From contig CAXXFV010000008.1 in assembly GCA_963674595.2 (NCBI GenBank), forward strand, positions 288,001 through 352,000: 64,000 nucleotides of DNA, written 5' to 3'. Shown one piece after another: positions 55,126-64,000 of this stretch (position 1 is the first letter of the stretch; each line of letters begins with the position of its first letter). The notes beneath the pieces were generated by a model. That model searched no databases. It was given only the letters and a program-made list of their open reading frames with translations, and was not told the origin of the DNA. The DNA comes from a bacterium. Lineage in GTDB: Bacteria > Zhuqueibacterota > Zhuqueibacteria > Residuimicrobiales > Krinioviventaceae. The position numbers and the translations under genes were made by a program.

Positions 55126-55270
55126 TGGAAAATCAGCTAAAGGCCTATTCGAATTTTTTAAATGTCGAATTATCCTGTTGCACTGGTAAAAGAATAATAT
55201 ACATTCTGCAAAATTATCGCAAGCGGTTTTTTAAAAACTGGGAAATATTGCGTCGGTAGATTTATCCGGG
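55126..55270. repeat. Direct repeat copy 2 (~145 bp) containing a minus-strand promoter-like element
   Basis: Near-identical to 49637-49780; TTGCGA-N17-TATTAT on - strand (55222-55194). Confidence 0.9.
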
Positions 55271-55516
55271 ATCGAAATATTAAATGATAGAATACGGGTG
55301 GGTTTCGTTCCTGTTATGTTGTATCATATTTTGTTGTTTATAAATTTCTCATTGAGGGTATATCTTGACTTAGATTTGCGAATCGAATTTATTAAAATAG
55401 AACTTGTTTTTTGTGCAAATTTCTTATACTTTTATAATCTATCACAGCTATCATATTTAAAGACAGCCCTTGGAGCTGATAAGAATAAGCACCCAACAAA
55501 GATTTATGCTTTCTCT

Positions 55517-56368
55517 ATGAATATCCCCATATTTATTATTAATTTACGCAGATGTCCCGATAGAAAATTGCAAATCACCCGCCAACTGCAGCGTATGAAT
55601 CTCGCCTATGAAATCGTTGAGGCAATAGATGGCAATGATATATCGGACAATGAGATGGCCGTTACATATAAAGATGTCATCTTTTACCGGGGATTTTTGC
55701 ATTCCAGATACCTTGAGAAAGGTGAGATCGGCTGCCTTTTAAGCCATTTAAAAGTTTTTCGAAAAATAGTTGAGAATGATATTGCTTTTGCCTGTATCCT
55801 TGAGGATGATGTTATTTTGGAAAAAGATTTTCCAGGTATTCTTGATCTCAATGTACACTCAGATAAGAATTGGGATATTTTATTAATTGGGCATCTGCCA
55901 AAGTATGAAAACAAAAAAACCTGTTATGTTGATTGTGTAATAGATGAATTTTCATATTATGAGAACTATTTTATGGGGATTCCTATTGAACATCCCAAGG
56001 GTACTCATGCATATATTATTAAAAAGGAAACCGCAAAAAAAATTTTAGATTATGCCTATCCAATACGAATGCCGGCTGACTTTCTTTGGGTTGATAATCA
56101 TAAAATTGGGGTTAAGCTGTCTTTGTTAACGCCTCCATTAGCTTTTCAGGACCGTGAACACTTTCCTTCAACAATATATAATCGGGAAAAGCCGCAATAT
56201 ATAAATCCAATTATGAGTTATTATCGTATCACTAAATTGTATGTTAAGAAAAAATTTCCAACCTTATTCCCTGTATTAAAAACAGGTCGTTTATGTTTTG
56301 ACCGAATAACAAAAGCACCTGTTGTATTTTATCGAAAATCTAAAATCATAAAAATACCAAAATTATAA
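55517..56368 (+). CDS. GT25 glycosyltransferase
   Basis: FIINL...DR, AIDG, GEIGCLLSH, ILEDD, GTHAYII; start reassigned to ATG 55517. Confidence 0.9.
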   Translation: MNIPIFIINLRRCPDRKLQITRQLQRMNLAYEIVEAIDGNDISDNEMAVTYKDVIFYRGFLHSRYLEKGEIGCLLSHLKVFRKIVENDIAFACILEDDVILEKDFPGILDLNVHSDKNWDILLIGHLPKYENKKTCYVDCVIDEFSYYENYFMGIPIEHPKGTHAYIIKKETAKKILDYAYPIRMPADFLWVDNHKIGVKLSLLTPPLAFQDREHFPSTIYNREKPQYINPIMSYYRITKLYVKKKFPTLFPVLKTGRLCFDRITKAPVVFYRKSKIIKIPKL

Positions 56369-56375
56369 TTCAAAT

Positions 56376-57209
56376 ATGAAAAAGCAGGTTGATGAACATA
56401 AAATAGTGCCCATAAAACGGCCGAAAATGAATTTTGCCGAGTTGTGGCGATATAGAGAATTATTGTATTTTTTTGCCTGGCGTGATATAAAAGTAAAATA
56501 TAAACAGACGTTGTTGGGTGTATTTTGGGCCCTTTTACAGCCATTGGGATTAATGATATTGTTTAGTGTTATCTGGGCAAAAGCACTAAAACTTGGCACA
56601 ACAGAACTGCCCTACCCGGTATTTGCCTATTCAGGTCTTCTTTACTGGGGATTGTTTTCCTTTGCAATTTCCAGCGCCGGAAATAGTATGATCTCGAATG
56701 CAAATATCATAAAAAAAATTTATTTTCCCAGAACGATCATTCCTATTGCTTCTGTTCTGGTTGCCGGATTCGATTTTGCAATAACATTTCTTTTGTTTAT
56801 TGTGCTGCTTTTTATTTACAATACTCCATTAAGCATTTTGCGCTGTATTTATCTTTTTCCGATGAGTATTTTTATTACCGTTGTGTCTGCTTTGGGACTG
56901 AGTTTTATAACGGCAGCAGCCAATATTACTTATAGAGATTTTAGATATGTACTTCCCTTTATATTGAGAATTGTTTTTTTCCTGTCTCCAATTGTCATTC
57001 CCTTTTCGTCTATTGATTCGAATACCATTCAAACATTTTTATCATTTAATCCGTTGACGGGGGCCATTGCTCTGACACGCGCTGCTATTAGCGGAAATGA
57101 AATAAATGTAATGCTGACTGTTAAAAGTATTACCGTTTCCATTATGTTATTATTAACAGGATTTGTTGTTTTTAAAAAATCAGAATTATACATTGCAGAT
57201 CGACTATGA
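56376..57209 (+). CDS. wzm: Polysaccharide ABC exporter permease (Wzm-like)
   Basis: RDIKVKYKQTLLG..WA, KKIYFPR, YRDF, NPL. Confidence 0.9.
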   Translation: MKKQVDEHKIVPIKRPKMNFAELWRYRELLYFFAWRDIKVKYKQTLLGVFWALLQPLGLMILFSVIWAKALKLGTTELPYPVFAYSGLLYWGLFSFAISSAGNSMISNANIIKKIYFPRTIIPIASVLVAGFDFAITFLLFIVLLFIYNTPLSILRCIYLFPMSIFITVVSALGLSFITAAANITYRDFRYVLPFILRIVFFLSPIVIPFSSIDSNTIQTFLSFNPLTGAIALTRAAISGNEINVMLTVKSITVSIMLLLTGFVVFKKSELYIADRL

Positions 57210-58438
57210 GTTCGATAATAAAAGTTCATTCCATATCCAAAAGTTTTGTCAGGCGTTTAAACCGGCAACGTTATTTGACATTAAGAGAAATGTTGTCCGG
57301 ATTTTATAGGAAAAACTCGAAAGAAACGTTCTGGGCCCTAAAAAACATTTCTTTTCACGTTGAGGCGGGTGAAACCGTGGGTATTATCGGTGAAAACGGT
57401 GCCGGTAAAACAACATTGTTAAAGCTCCTTGCCAGGATTACACCGCCCAATGAGGGCGAGATTGTCATTCGGGGACGAGTGGCAAGTCTGCTTGAAGTCG
57501 GAACAGGCTTTCATCCTGAATTAACCGGACGGGAAAATATATTATTTAACGGGGCCATTCTGGGCCTGACCCGAAAACAAATATTAAAAAAGTTCGATGA
57601 AATCGTAGCTTTTTCAGAAACAGGCCGATTTCTGGACACACCACTCAAACATTATTCAACCGGTATGTCCGCGCGTTTGGCATTTTCAGTTGCCGCTCAT
57701 TTGGACCCTGATATTTTATTCATTGACGAGGTTTTATCTGTCGGAGATACGGCGTTTCAGGAACGATGTTTGACAAAGATGAATGACCTGTCAAAATCGG
57801 GAAGGACGGTTTTATTCGTCAGCCATAATCTTGCTGCCATCAGGCAGTTGTGCAATCGGTGTTTGTATATTTCCAACGGGGTCCTTGTCCAGGACGGACC
57901 GGTTGATGAAATTATAGACACTTATCTTTCACATAATCTAATCCGTCAAAACGGGGTTGTTGATTTTACTCAAAAAGGTGCACCGTCTGATTCGAAACCG
58001 ATAAAATTCACAAAAATAGAATTTCGAAATCAGGCAGATGTTTTGACCAACCAATTTTATCTACACGACGATTTGTATATTCATTTGTTTCTCGAATCTT
58101 TTGAAAAAATTCAAACCGTTAAAATCATCTTTAATATCGCGGACATGAACGGGAAAAAAATATGTACTGTTTATGATTCGGACTCCGGATTTACCCTGAC
58201 TAATGTGTCGGGAGAGAGACATCTCTCTATTTGTATGAAAGACCTCAGGTTTTATCCCGGAGATTATACGCTTGATATAGAATTACGCAGCGAGACTTAT
58301 AAATACCAATTTGACTCTTATGATACAGTAACGGGAATTACCTTAAAAATTTTAAATACAACAGTTGTGAATCGTACACTAAAGCATGATGCCGGGGTGA
58401 TTTATGTTACCCCTGAATGGAAAGAATATAATACCTGA
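57206..58438 (+). CDS. wzt: Polysaccharide ABC exporter ATPase with C-terminal domain (Wzt-like)
   Basis: GENGAGKTT, GFHPELTGREN, YSTGM, DEVLSVGD, VSH. Confidence 0.92.
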   Translation: MSSIIKVHSISKSFVRRLNRQRYLTLREMLSGFYRKNSKETFWALKNISFHVEAGETVGIIGENGAGKTTLLKLLARITPPNEGEIVIRGRVASLLEVGTGFHPELTGRENILFNGAILGLTRKQILKKFDEIVAFSETGRFLDTPLKHYSTGMSARLAFSVAAHLDPDILFIDEVLSVGDTAFQERCLTKMNDLSKSGRTVLFVSHNLAAIRQLCNRCLYISNGVLVQDGPVDEIIDTYLSHNLIRQNGVVDFTQKGAPSDSKPIKFTKIEFRNQADVLTNQFYLHDDLYIHLFLESFEKIQTVKIIFNIADMNGKKICTVYDSDSGFTLTNVSGERHLSICMKDLRFYPGDYTLDIELRSETYKYQFDSYDTVTGITLKILNTTVVNRTLKHDAGVIYVTPEWKEYNT

Positions 58439-59265
58439 TGTGTCCGTTACCTGAAATATCGGTTATTACAGCTTGTTATAATCATGGCCGGTTTATCGGC
58501 GACATGATTGATTCTATTTTGGAACAAACTTTACAAAAATTTGAACTGATCATCGTCAATGATGGCTCTACAGACACGACTACAGCAGAATTGGATAAAT
58601 GGGACCATCCTCAAATAAAAGTGCTTCATACTGAAAACCAGGGGCCATCTGCCGCAAGGAATTTGGCAATTCGGCATGCCCGCTCAGAAATTATTTTTAA
58701 TATTGATGCAGATGACAAAGCCGCCCCTGAATTGCTTGAAAAAGTATATGGTTTTACAGTATCTCATCCCGATTGGAGCATTATCTATACCGATTTGGAG
58801 TATTTTGGTGCAAAAAAAGCCCCTTATGTTCTTGAAGATTATTCGCTAAATACGATACTTTATAAAAATGTGATAGGATCTCAATCGTTTTTTAGAAAAT
58901 CTGACTGGCAACGTGTCGGAGGATATTCTGAAAATTTAGTTCATGGCCTTGAAGATTGGGATTTTTGGCTGTCGATTATTGAATTGGGGGGACAGGTTTA
59001 CAAAATCCCTGAACCACTCGTCTATTATCGTCAATATAAAAATCCTTCTGATTGTCGGTCCGGGCGGTTGCGTCTCAAACCCCGAAAATCGCGAAAGACG
59101 ATACTGGCAATATTTCATCGCCATATTGATTTATACCAACGAGAACCGGATGCTTTTGAATATTATTTAAATCTGGAAAAAAAGTGGGCTGGTCAGAATA
59201 AAATAATTCAACGTTTGAAGGACATTTATATATCAGTTGAAATCAGAAAGAATTACAATGACTGA
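58438..59265 (+). CDS. GT2 glycosyltransferase
   Basis: VNDGSTD, DADD, EDWDFW. Confidence 0.9.
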   Translation: MCPLPEISVITACYNHGRFIGDMIDSILEQTLQKFELIIVNDGSTDTTTAELDKWDHPQIKVLHTENQGPSAARNLAIRHARSEIIFNIDADDKAAPELLEKVYGFTVSHPDWSIIYTDLEYFGAKKAPYVLEDYSLNTILYKNVIGSQSFFRKSDWQRVGGYSENLVHGLEDWDFWLSIIELGGQVYKIPEPLVYYRQYKNPSDCRSGRLRLKPRKSRKTILAIFHRHIDLYQREPDAFEYYLNLEKKWAGQNKIIQRLKDIYISVEIRKNYND

Positions 59266-60196
59266 TCCCATCTTTTCCATTATTATTCCAACCTATAAAC
59301 GTCCCCGTTTGTTGGAAAGGGCTGTCAGGAGTGTTTTGGATCAGACGTTTAAAAATTTTGATTTGATTGTGATTGATGATGGAAATGATCCAGATACGGT
59401 TCATGTCATAAACCAAATGAACGACAGCCGCATTATTCTTGTCCAGCACAATAAAACAAGCGGCGCTGCTGCGGCATACAATACCGGAATAAAAGCCTCA
59501 AAAGGAACTTTAATAACTTTTCTTGGTGATGATGATGAATATTTACCGCTGTTTTTAGAATATGTTTATAAAACATTTCAAAATACAGACCCGGCTGTTG
59601 GTTTTTTGTGGACGGCTATTGCCAATGTAAGGGATGAGGACGATGCAGAGATTGCGTTGAATACCAGAAAATGGCCTGATCATTTCGAGGATAAAGAGAA
59701 AGGATTGATCGAGGCGACAACAATAGGCAATGGTTTTGGATTCTGTATGAAAAAAAGTTGTGTTGAAAGAATCGGATATTTTGATGAAACGTTGCCTGTT
59801 TGTGTTGATACGGAATATTTATTTCGTCTTGTCAAACATTTTGATTTTGTTACAATTCCTCAGGTTTTGACTAAAATTCATTATCATAAGAATGGACAGT
59901 TAACAGACATTCGATTTTATCAAGACCGCCTGAAAATTCATGAGAAAATTTTAAATGAGAATAGCCTGTTTTTAAAGCAATATCCAAAAGTCAAATATGT
60001 ACACTATCAGCGTTTGATTCAGATGAGTTATGAACATAATTTAAAAAACAATGGCCGCAGATTATTAATAAAACAGCTAAAAAGCCAACCAGCCCGATAC
60101 CGGTTATATTGGGATTTTATATGTTTTGGAATCCTTGGCAAGCCTTTCCGAACTTATCTGAGACAGCTTTTACATAAATTACACAATACGAGATAA
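59258..60196 (+). CDS. GT2 glycosyltransferase
   Basis: IIPTYKR, IDDG, GDDDE, FDETL. Confidence 0.9.
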   Translation: MTDPIFSIIIPTYKRPRLLERAVRSVLDQTFKNFDLIVIDDGNDPDTVHVINQMNDSRIILVQHNKTSGAAAAYNTGIKASKGTLITFLGDDDEYLPLFLEYVYKTFQNTDPAVGFLWTAIANVRDEDDAEIALNTRKWPDHFEDKEKGLIEATTIGNGFGFCMKKSCVERIGYFDETLPVCVDTEYLFRLVKHFDFVTIPQVLTKIHYHKNGQLTDIRFYQDRLKIHEKILNENSLFLKQYPKVKYVHYQRLIQMSYEHNLKNNGRRLLIKQLKSQPARYRLYWDFICFGILGKPFRTYLRQLLHKLHNTR

Positions 60197-60222
60197 TCTC
60201 ATGATACTCTTATAAATGAGAG

Positions 60223-61428
60223 TTGTTTGATTTTAGAATAATTTTTATGAAAAGACCAAAATCACCAAAATGTTTTAAAATTTTCTTTCGTCCGATTTTT
60301 TATATTTTCAAAAAGTTTAAGCTGTGGATGGTGCCTGTTTATGTCATTAAAGGATTTGCAGGTCCTGAACGATATCCATTGACCATGGTTTATTTGGGAT
60401 ATAATAAAATTAACAGAGTTTACTGGTATGAATTGGTTTTTAATGGTGATGCAAAAACTGTTTTTAAGGGATATTGCTTTTTACCTGTTGCTGTTGTTTT
60501 AATAAATTTGTTATATAAGGAATGCGGATTTATCGTTTGTGACTCTGATAGAGGATTAGGGAAAAATATAAAAGAGCATAAATTATTCAAAATCCCTCAT
60601 TGGATGAGAATGCAAATGGACCTTTCACAGCCAATTTCCAGTATGAAAAAATATAATTGGTCTTCCTATAGACATATTGAACGTTATATTAGAAAATATG
60701 GTTATCATTATAAAATATCCACACAGGAAAAAGATTTCCAATACTTTTATCACCACATGTACAAGCCCTATGCTCAAAAGCGATTTGGTCAGGGTGCTGA
60801 AATCCATACCTATTCGCAGGTGTTTAAGAAAGAGAGACCAACACAACTTTATTTAATCTATAATGATTCACAATTGGTTGGGGGTGGGACAGTTGAATTT
60901 AAAAAAAATAAAACATTATTAGGCGGATATGGTGTTTTGGCTGGAAGTCAGGAATATATTGGTAAGGGTTTTTATGGGGCGTTTTATTATCTTATTATTA
61001 ATGACCTCCAGAAAAAAGGATATAAAAACCTCCAGGTAGGAGGGACGCGTCCCTTTCTGAATGATGGTGTAACAAGATTTAAAATACACCTGTTAAGCAC
61101 GGTTGATCATACATACCAATATAAAAGCAATGAATATGCTTACTTTATCCCAGGGAAATTGTCTCCCGGTTTAAAATGGTTTTTAACAGAGAATCCGTTT
61201 ATCTGTTTGGATTCTGACGACACACTAACCGCTGTAATTTGGTTGGATGCCGGATCGTTGTCATCTGAAGAGCGTTTTAAAAAAATATGCACCAGAATAA
61301 ATCGTTTGAATTTAAAGAATTGTCAGGTTAATTTACTAAATGAGCAAAAAGTTGTTTTTGATTTTCAACAATATATTGATTGTGAAAATGTTATGATTCA
61401 ACCTGCAAGAAATTCATCTGACTTGTAA
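60223..61428 (+). CDS. Hypothetical protein with GNAT/FemAB-like region
   Basis: FYHHMY.PY...RFG; GGTRPFLNDGVTRFK. Confidence 0.6.
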   Translation: MFDFRIIFMKRPKSPKCFKIFFRPIFYIFKKFKLWMVPVYVIKGFAGPERYPLTMVYLGYNKINRVYWYELVFNGDAKTVFKGYCFLPVAVVLINLLYKECGFIVCDSDRGLGKNIKEHKLFKIPHWMRMQMDLSQPISSMKKYNWSSYRHIERYIRKYGYHYKISTQEKDFQYFYHHMYKPYAQKRFGQGAEIHTYSQVFKKERPTQLYLIYNDSQLVGGGTVEFKKNKTLLGGYGVLAGSQEYIGKGFYGAFYYLIINDLQKKGYKNLQVGGTRPFLNDGVTRFKIHLLSTVDHTYQYKSNEYAYFIPGKLSPGLKWFLTENPFICLDSDDTLTAVIWLDAGSLSSEERFKKICTRINRLNLKNCQVNLLNEQKVVFDFQQYIDCENVMIQPARNSSDL

Positions 61429-61444
61429 ATTACATGGATTTCAA

Positions 61445-62389
61445 GTGAAAATTATATCCAAAATGATTAAACTATCTGCTCCGTTTTTTCCCCTGGGCTG
61501 GTTATGTTCCGGTAAAAATTTACCTGTATTGCTGCCGTTTTATCATTTTGTGAGCGATGAAAAAAATCCGTTTATTAATAATTTCTACTATCCGTCCGTT
61601 AAACAGTTTGAAAAACAACTGGACCTTTTGCTTCGATATTTTCGGCCTGTTAGTCTGAATGAGTTATATGAAAATAAAAACCACCATCCTTCATTCCACT
61701 TGTCATTTGATGACGGCTTGCGCTCTTGTTTTGATATTGTAGCGCCTATATTGAAAAAAAAAGAAATACCCGCCACATTTTTTGTGAATCCGGATTTTGT
61801 TGGCAACCGTGGTCTTTCTCACCGGTTTAAAGAATCGATTCTTAACGATTTTGTTACCGGGGAAAAAGGCGCCAAGACAGGGTTGGTTTCGAACTATTCG
61901 GACGGACCTTTGCTGGACCAAAGAGCCAGGGACGCCGGACTTGACTGGAAGACATATCTTGAAACCGAAAAACCATATATGACACTGGAACAGTTGCAGC
62001 AATTAAAAAAGGATGGTTTTTCTATCGGGGCGCACAGTAACAGTCATGCCGAATTCTGGTTGTTGAATAAAGAACAACAACTGGATGAAATTAAGACGAG
62101 CATGGAGTGGATTAATCGATATTTTTCACCGGACATTAAAGCGTTTGCTTTTCCCTTTTCAGACTATGGTGTTTCCGAACAAGTTTTTCAGACAGTCAGA
62201 GAACAGCATATATGCGACCTTACATTTGGTACGGCAGGAATTGCAAGGCATTTGAAATTCGGACATTTTCAACGTTTGCCTATGGATAATGTACCTGACA
62301 TCAATGTTTTGCCCAGAATTAAAAAATTATTTTTTCCCTGTATGCTTGATTCGTTGAAACAAAAGCTAACGAGAAATAAAAGGGGCTAG
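61445..62389 (+). CDS. Polysaccharide deacetylase (CE4/NodB)
   Basis: YHFV, SFDDG, ATFFV, GAHSNSH, FAFPF. Confidence 0.88.
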   Translation: MKIISKMIKLSAPFFPLGWLCSGKNLPVLLPFYHFVSDEKNPFINNFYYPSVKQFEKQLDLLLRYFRPVSLNELYENKNHHPSFHLSFDDGLRSCFDIVAPILKKKEIPATFFVNPDFVGNRGLSHRFKESILNDFVTGEKGAKTGLVSNYSDGPLLDQRARDAGLDWKTYLETEKPYMTLEQLQQLKKDGFSIGAHSNSHAEFWLLNKEQQLDEIKTSMEWINRYFSPDIKAFAFPFSDYGVSEQVFQTVREQHICDLTFGTAGIARHLKFGHFQRLPMDNVPDINVLPRIKKLFFPCMLDSLKQKLTRNKRG

Positions 62390-62390
62390 C

Positions 62391-63455
62391 ATGGAATTAA
62401 TCAAGATACCTATCCATGAATTGGAGGCCTTTACTGCCAGTGAGTGGTTCCGGGCCTTGCCGGACAAACCAATCAGTTACTTGAGGGTAACATCTTATTT
62501 AAACAATCCCCATGCTCTTCCTGAGGATATTGTACTTTATTGTCTTTATGAAAAGGATCGTGTGCTCGCCTACCGGACCGTGTTTCCTGCGAGGCTTTCA
62601 TCAGGTGAACGGTTTGCGTGGTTAAGCGGAAACTGGGTCCATCCGGAATATAGACGTCAGGGACTTTCTAAAAGACTGCTTGCCGAAATCGACATCGACT
62701 GGAACCGGAAGCTCATGTTTACTAATTATGCTCCTGCTTCTCTTAATTTATATTTACAGACCGGTCTGTTTCACAAGGTGTATAGTGAAGGGGGTTTTCA
62801 ATTTTACCAGTTTCTTTCCACCAGAAATTTTTTAAATAAACGATTTCCCAAAATGTCATTTTTATGGCCTTTTGCTGATATCGTTTTGAAATGGATGATA
62901 TTGACTCGTTTGTTTTTTACCAAAGTTTATATTGGTCGGGAATTTACCGTTAAAAAAAGCCAATTCCCGGATGAGGCGTGTTACCAGCTTGCAGAAGAGC
63001 AAAAAACAGAGTATCTGTTTTTGCGGGGAAAGAGTGAGCTCAAGTGGATTTTGGATTATCCCTGGGTTTCATCTGCTAATAAACAAAATATCAGGGACTA
63101 TAATTTTTCATCCTGGGCAAAACAGTTCGAATATCGTACTGTGAAATTTTACAAAGACAGTATATTGGCCGGATTTCTGTTATATTCCATTCGCGACGGG
63201 CATTTAAAAACGTTGCATCAGCATTTTTCTGTTGATTGCTATCAGGTTGCTGCCCGTTTTCTGATTCGTGAAATGGTTCAGGGCCGATTTGAATTTATGA
63301 CGGTGTTGCAACCGCAACTGGCTAAAGCCATTGATGAACAAAAAAATACCTTTCTCGCAAGGGGTAAACGGACACATGATACGTACGCTTCATTCCCAGT
63401 AGATACTATCGGTAAAAAAATACAGGATGGCGACGGAGATTATATTTTTACGTGA
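62391..63455 (+). CDS. GNAT-family acetyltransferase
   Basis: Acetyl-CoA motif WVHPEYRRQGLS. Confidence 0.75.
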   Translation: MELIKIPIHELEAFTASEWFRALPDKPISYLRVTSYLNNPHALPEDIVLYCLYEKDRVLAYRTVFPARLSSGERFAWLSGNWVHPEYRRQGLSKRLLAEIDIDWNRKLMFTNYAPASLNLYLQTGLFHKVYSEGGFQFYQFLSTRNFLNKRFPKMSFLWPFADIVLKWMILTRLFFTKVYIGREFTVKKSQFPDEACYQLAEEQKTEYLFLRGKSELKWILDYPWVSSANKQNIRDYNFSSWAKQFEYRTVKFYKDSILAGFLLYSIRDGHLKTLHQHFSVDCYQVAARFLIREMVQGRFEFMTVLQPQLAKAIDEQKNTFLARGKRTHDTYASFPVDTIGKKIQDGDGDYIFT

Positions 63456-63511
63456 CGCAAACTTAAGATTTTCATAACCCCTCAATCTATGGGTTTAATG
63501 TTTTTCCGCAG

Positions 63512-64000
63512 CTACAAGTACCGGTTCATTTTTTTCATTTTATGGTAGACTGAACATTGAGTGCAGGGAATATCCTCCCGCTCTTTGGCAATGCCCAGTA
63601 ACATTTTTTTTGCATATTGAAATCGTTCATTTTTACGGAGATTAAGCCCTGTTTCAAATGCATTGCCATAATCGTCCCATTTATTAATACAACACCCCAA
63701 TATTTTGCCGTCCCAGTTGATTTGCGGTGACAGCCAGAGTTGTCTGCATATACCTGTCGGCAGGTTGTTTTCTGCATTGGGCCGGGTATTTTGTTTTAGC
63801 GGCGAATAGGTTTCACTCCAGTTATTCTTAACTTCAAATTCCATTCCCAGAGCATCAGCCATTTCCCGTGCAACAGGCAATTCTTTTTCGTTATGTCCAA
63901 ACAGAATGAATTGCCAGCGTAACCTTGGGAACGCACTGCCATAGTGTTGTTTATATCCATTGATTTTTTTGATATTATTAATGACCGTGTCAAAATTGCC
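63512..64000 (-). CDS. Radical SAM/SPASM protein, C-terminal part (5'-truncated by the window edge)
   Basis: Frame open from 64000 (GNFDTVINNI...WQFILFGHNE); SPASM Cys: CRQLW, GCC, CTQC. Confidence 0.8.
   Translation of the reverse strand, partial: GNFDTVINNIKKINGYKQHYGSAFPRLRWQFILFGHNEKELPVAREMADALGMEFEVKNNWSETYSPLKQNTRPNAENNLPTGICRQLWLSPQINWDGKILGCCINKWDDYGNAFETGLNLRKNERFQYAKKMLLGIAKEREDIPCTQCSVYHKMKKMNRYL

Noticed and set aside
55298-55516. 73-aa N-terminal extension of the GT25 ORF
   Set aside because: GT25 homology starts at MNIPIFIINL (55517); the upstream part looks like AT-rich intergenic DNA

Overview
AT-rich chromosome of a Gram-negative bacterium. The gene content (TonB receptor, PorV/PorQ-like barrel, T9SS-like/FlgD-Ig C-terminal tails, rpoN, Lpt genes) suggests an FCB-group organism such as KSB1 or Calditrichota; this is inference. 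1-28.6 kb (+) is mostly housekeeping and envelope genes: 2-oxoacid:ferredoxin oxidoreductase, TIGR03960/TIGR03936-type radical SAM, rng, rplU, rpmA, gatC, pyrG, an atypical kdsA, three inserted envelope genes, kdsD, lptC/A/B, rpoN, hslVU, argF and an LPS-core glycosyltransferase cluster. That cluster has one frameshifted GT4 and is interrupted by a very acidic, Trp-rich small ORF plus a Nudix gene. 28.6-43.4 kb (-) holds a TonB receptor / Fn3-'VVPNP' protein / PorV-like barrel / CTD-cargo operon with no SusD, followed by a C45 Ntn-hydrolase, a CPBP protease and membrane proteins. This is the best candidate for an undescribed uptake or surface-display system. 43.4-55.3 kb is accessory: MerR, an orphan HsdR-N-like nuclease, an intact IS3 (3-bp TSD) splitting a 188-aa gene, and an ATPase-less sugar ABC/DUF4038 module bracketed by a ~145-bp promoter-containing direct repeat. 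55.5-63.5 kb (+) is a Wzm/Wzt polysaccharide locus, followed by a partial radical SAM/SPASM gene (-). No rRNA, tRNA or CRISPR array was seen. All family calls come from motifs recognised by eye, not from database searches.
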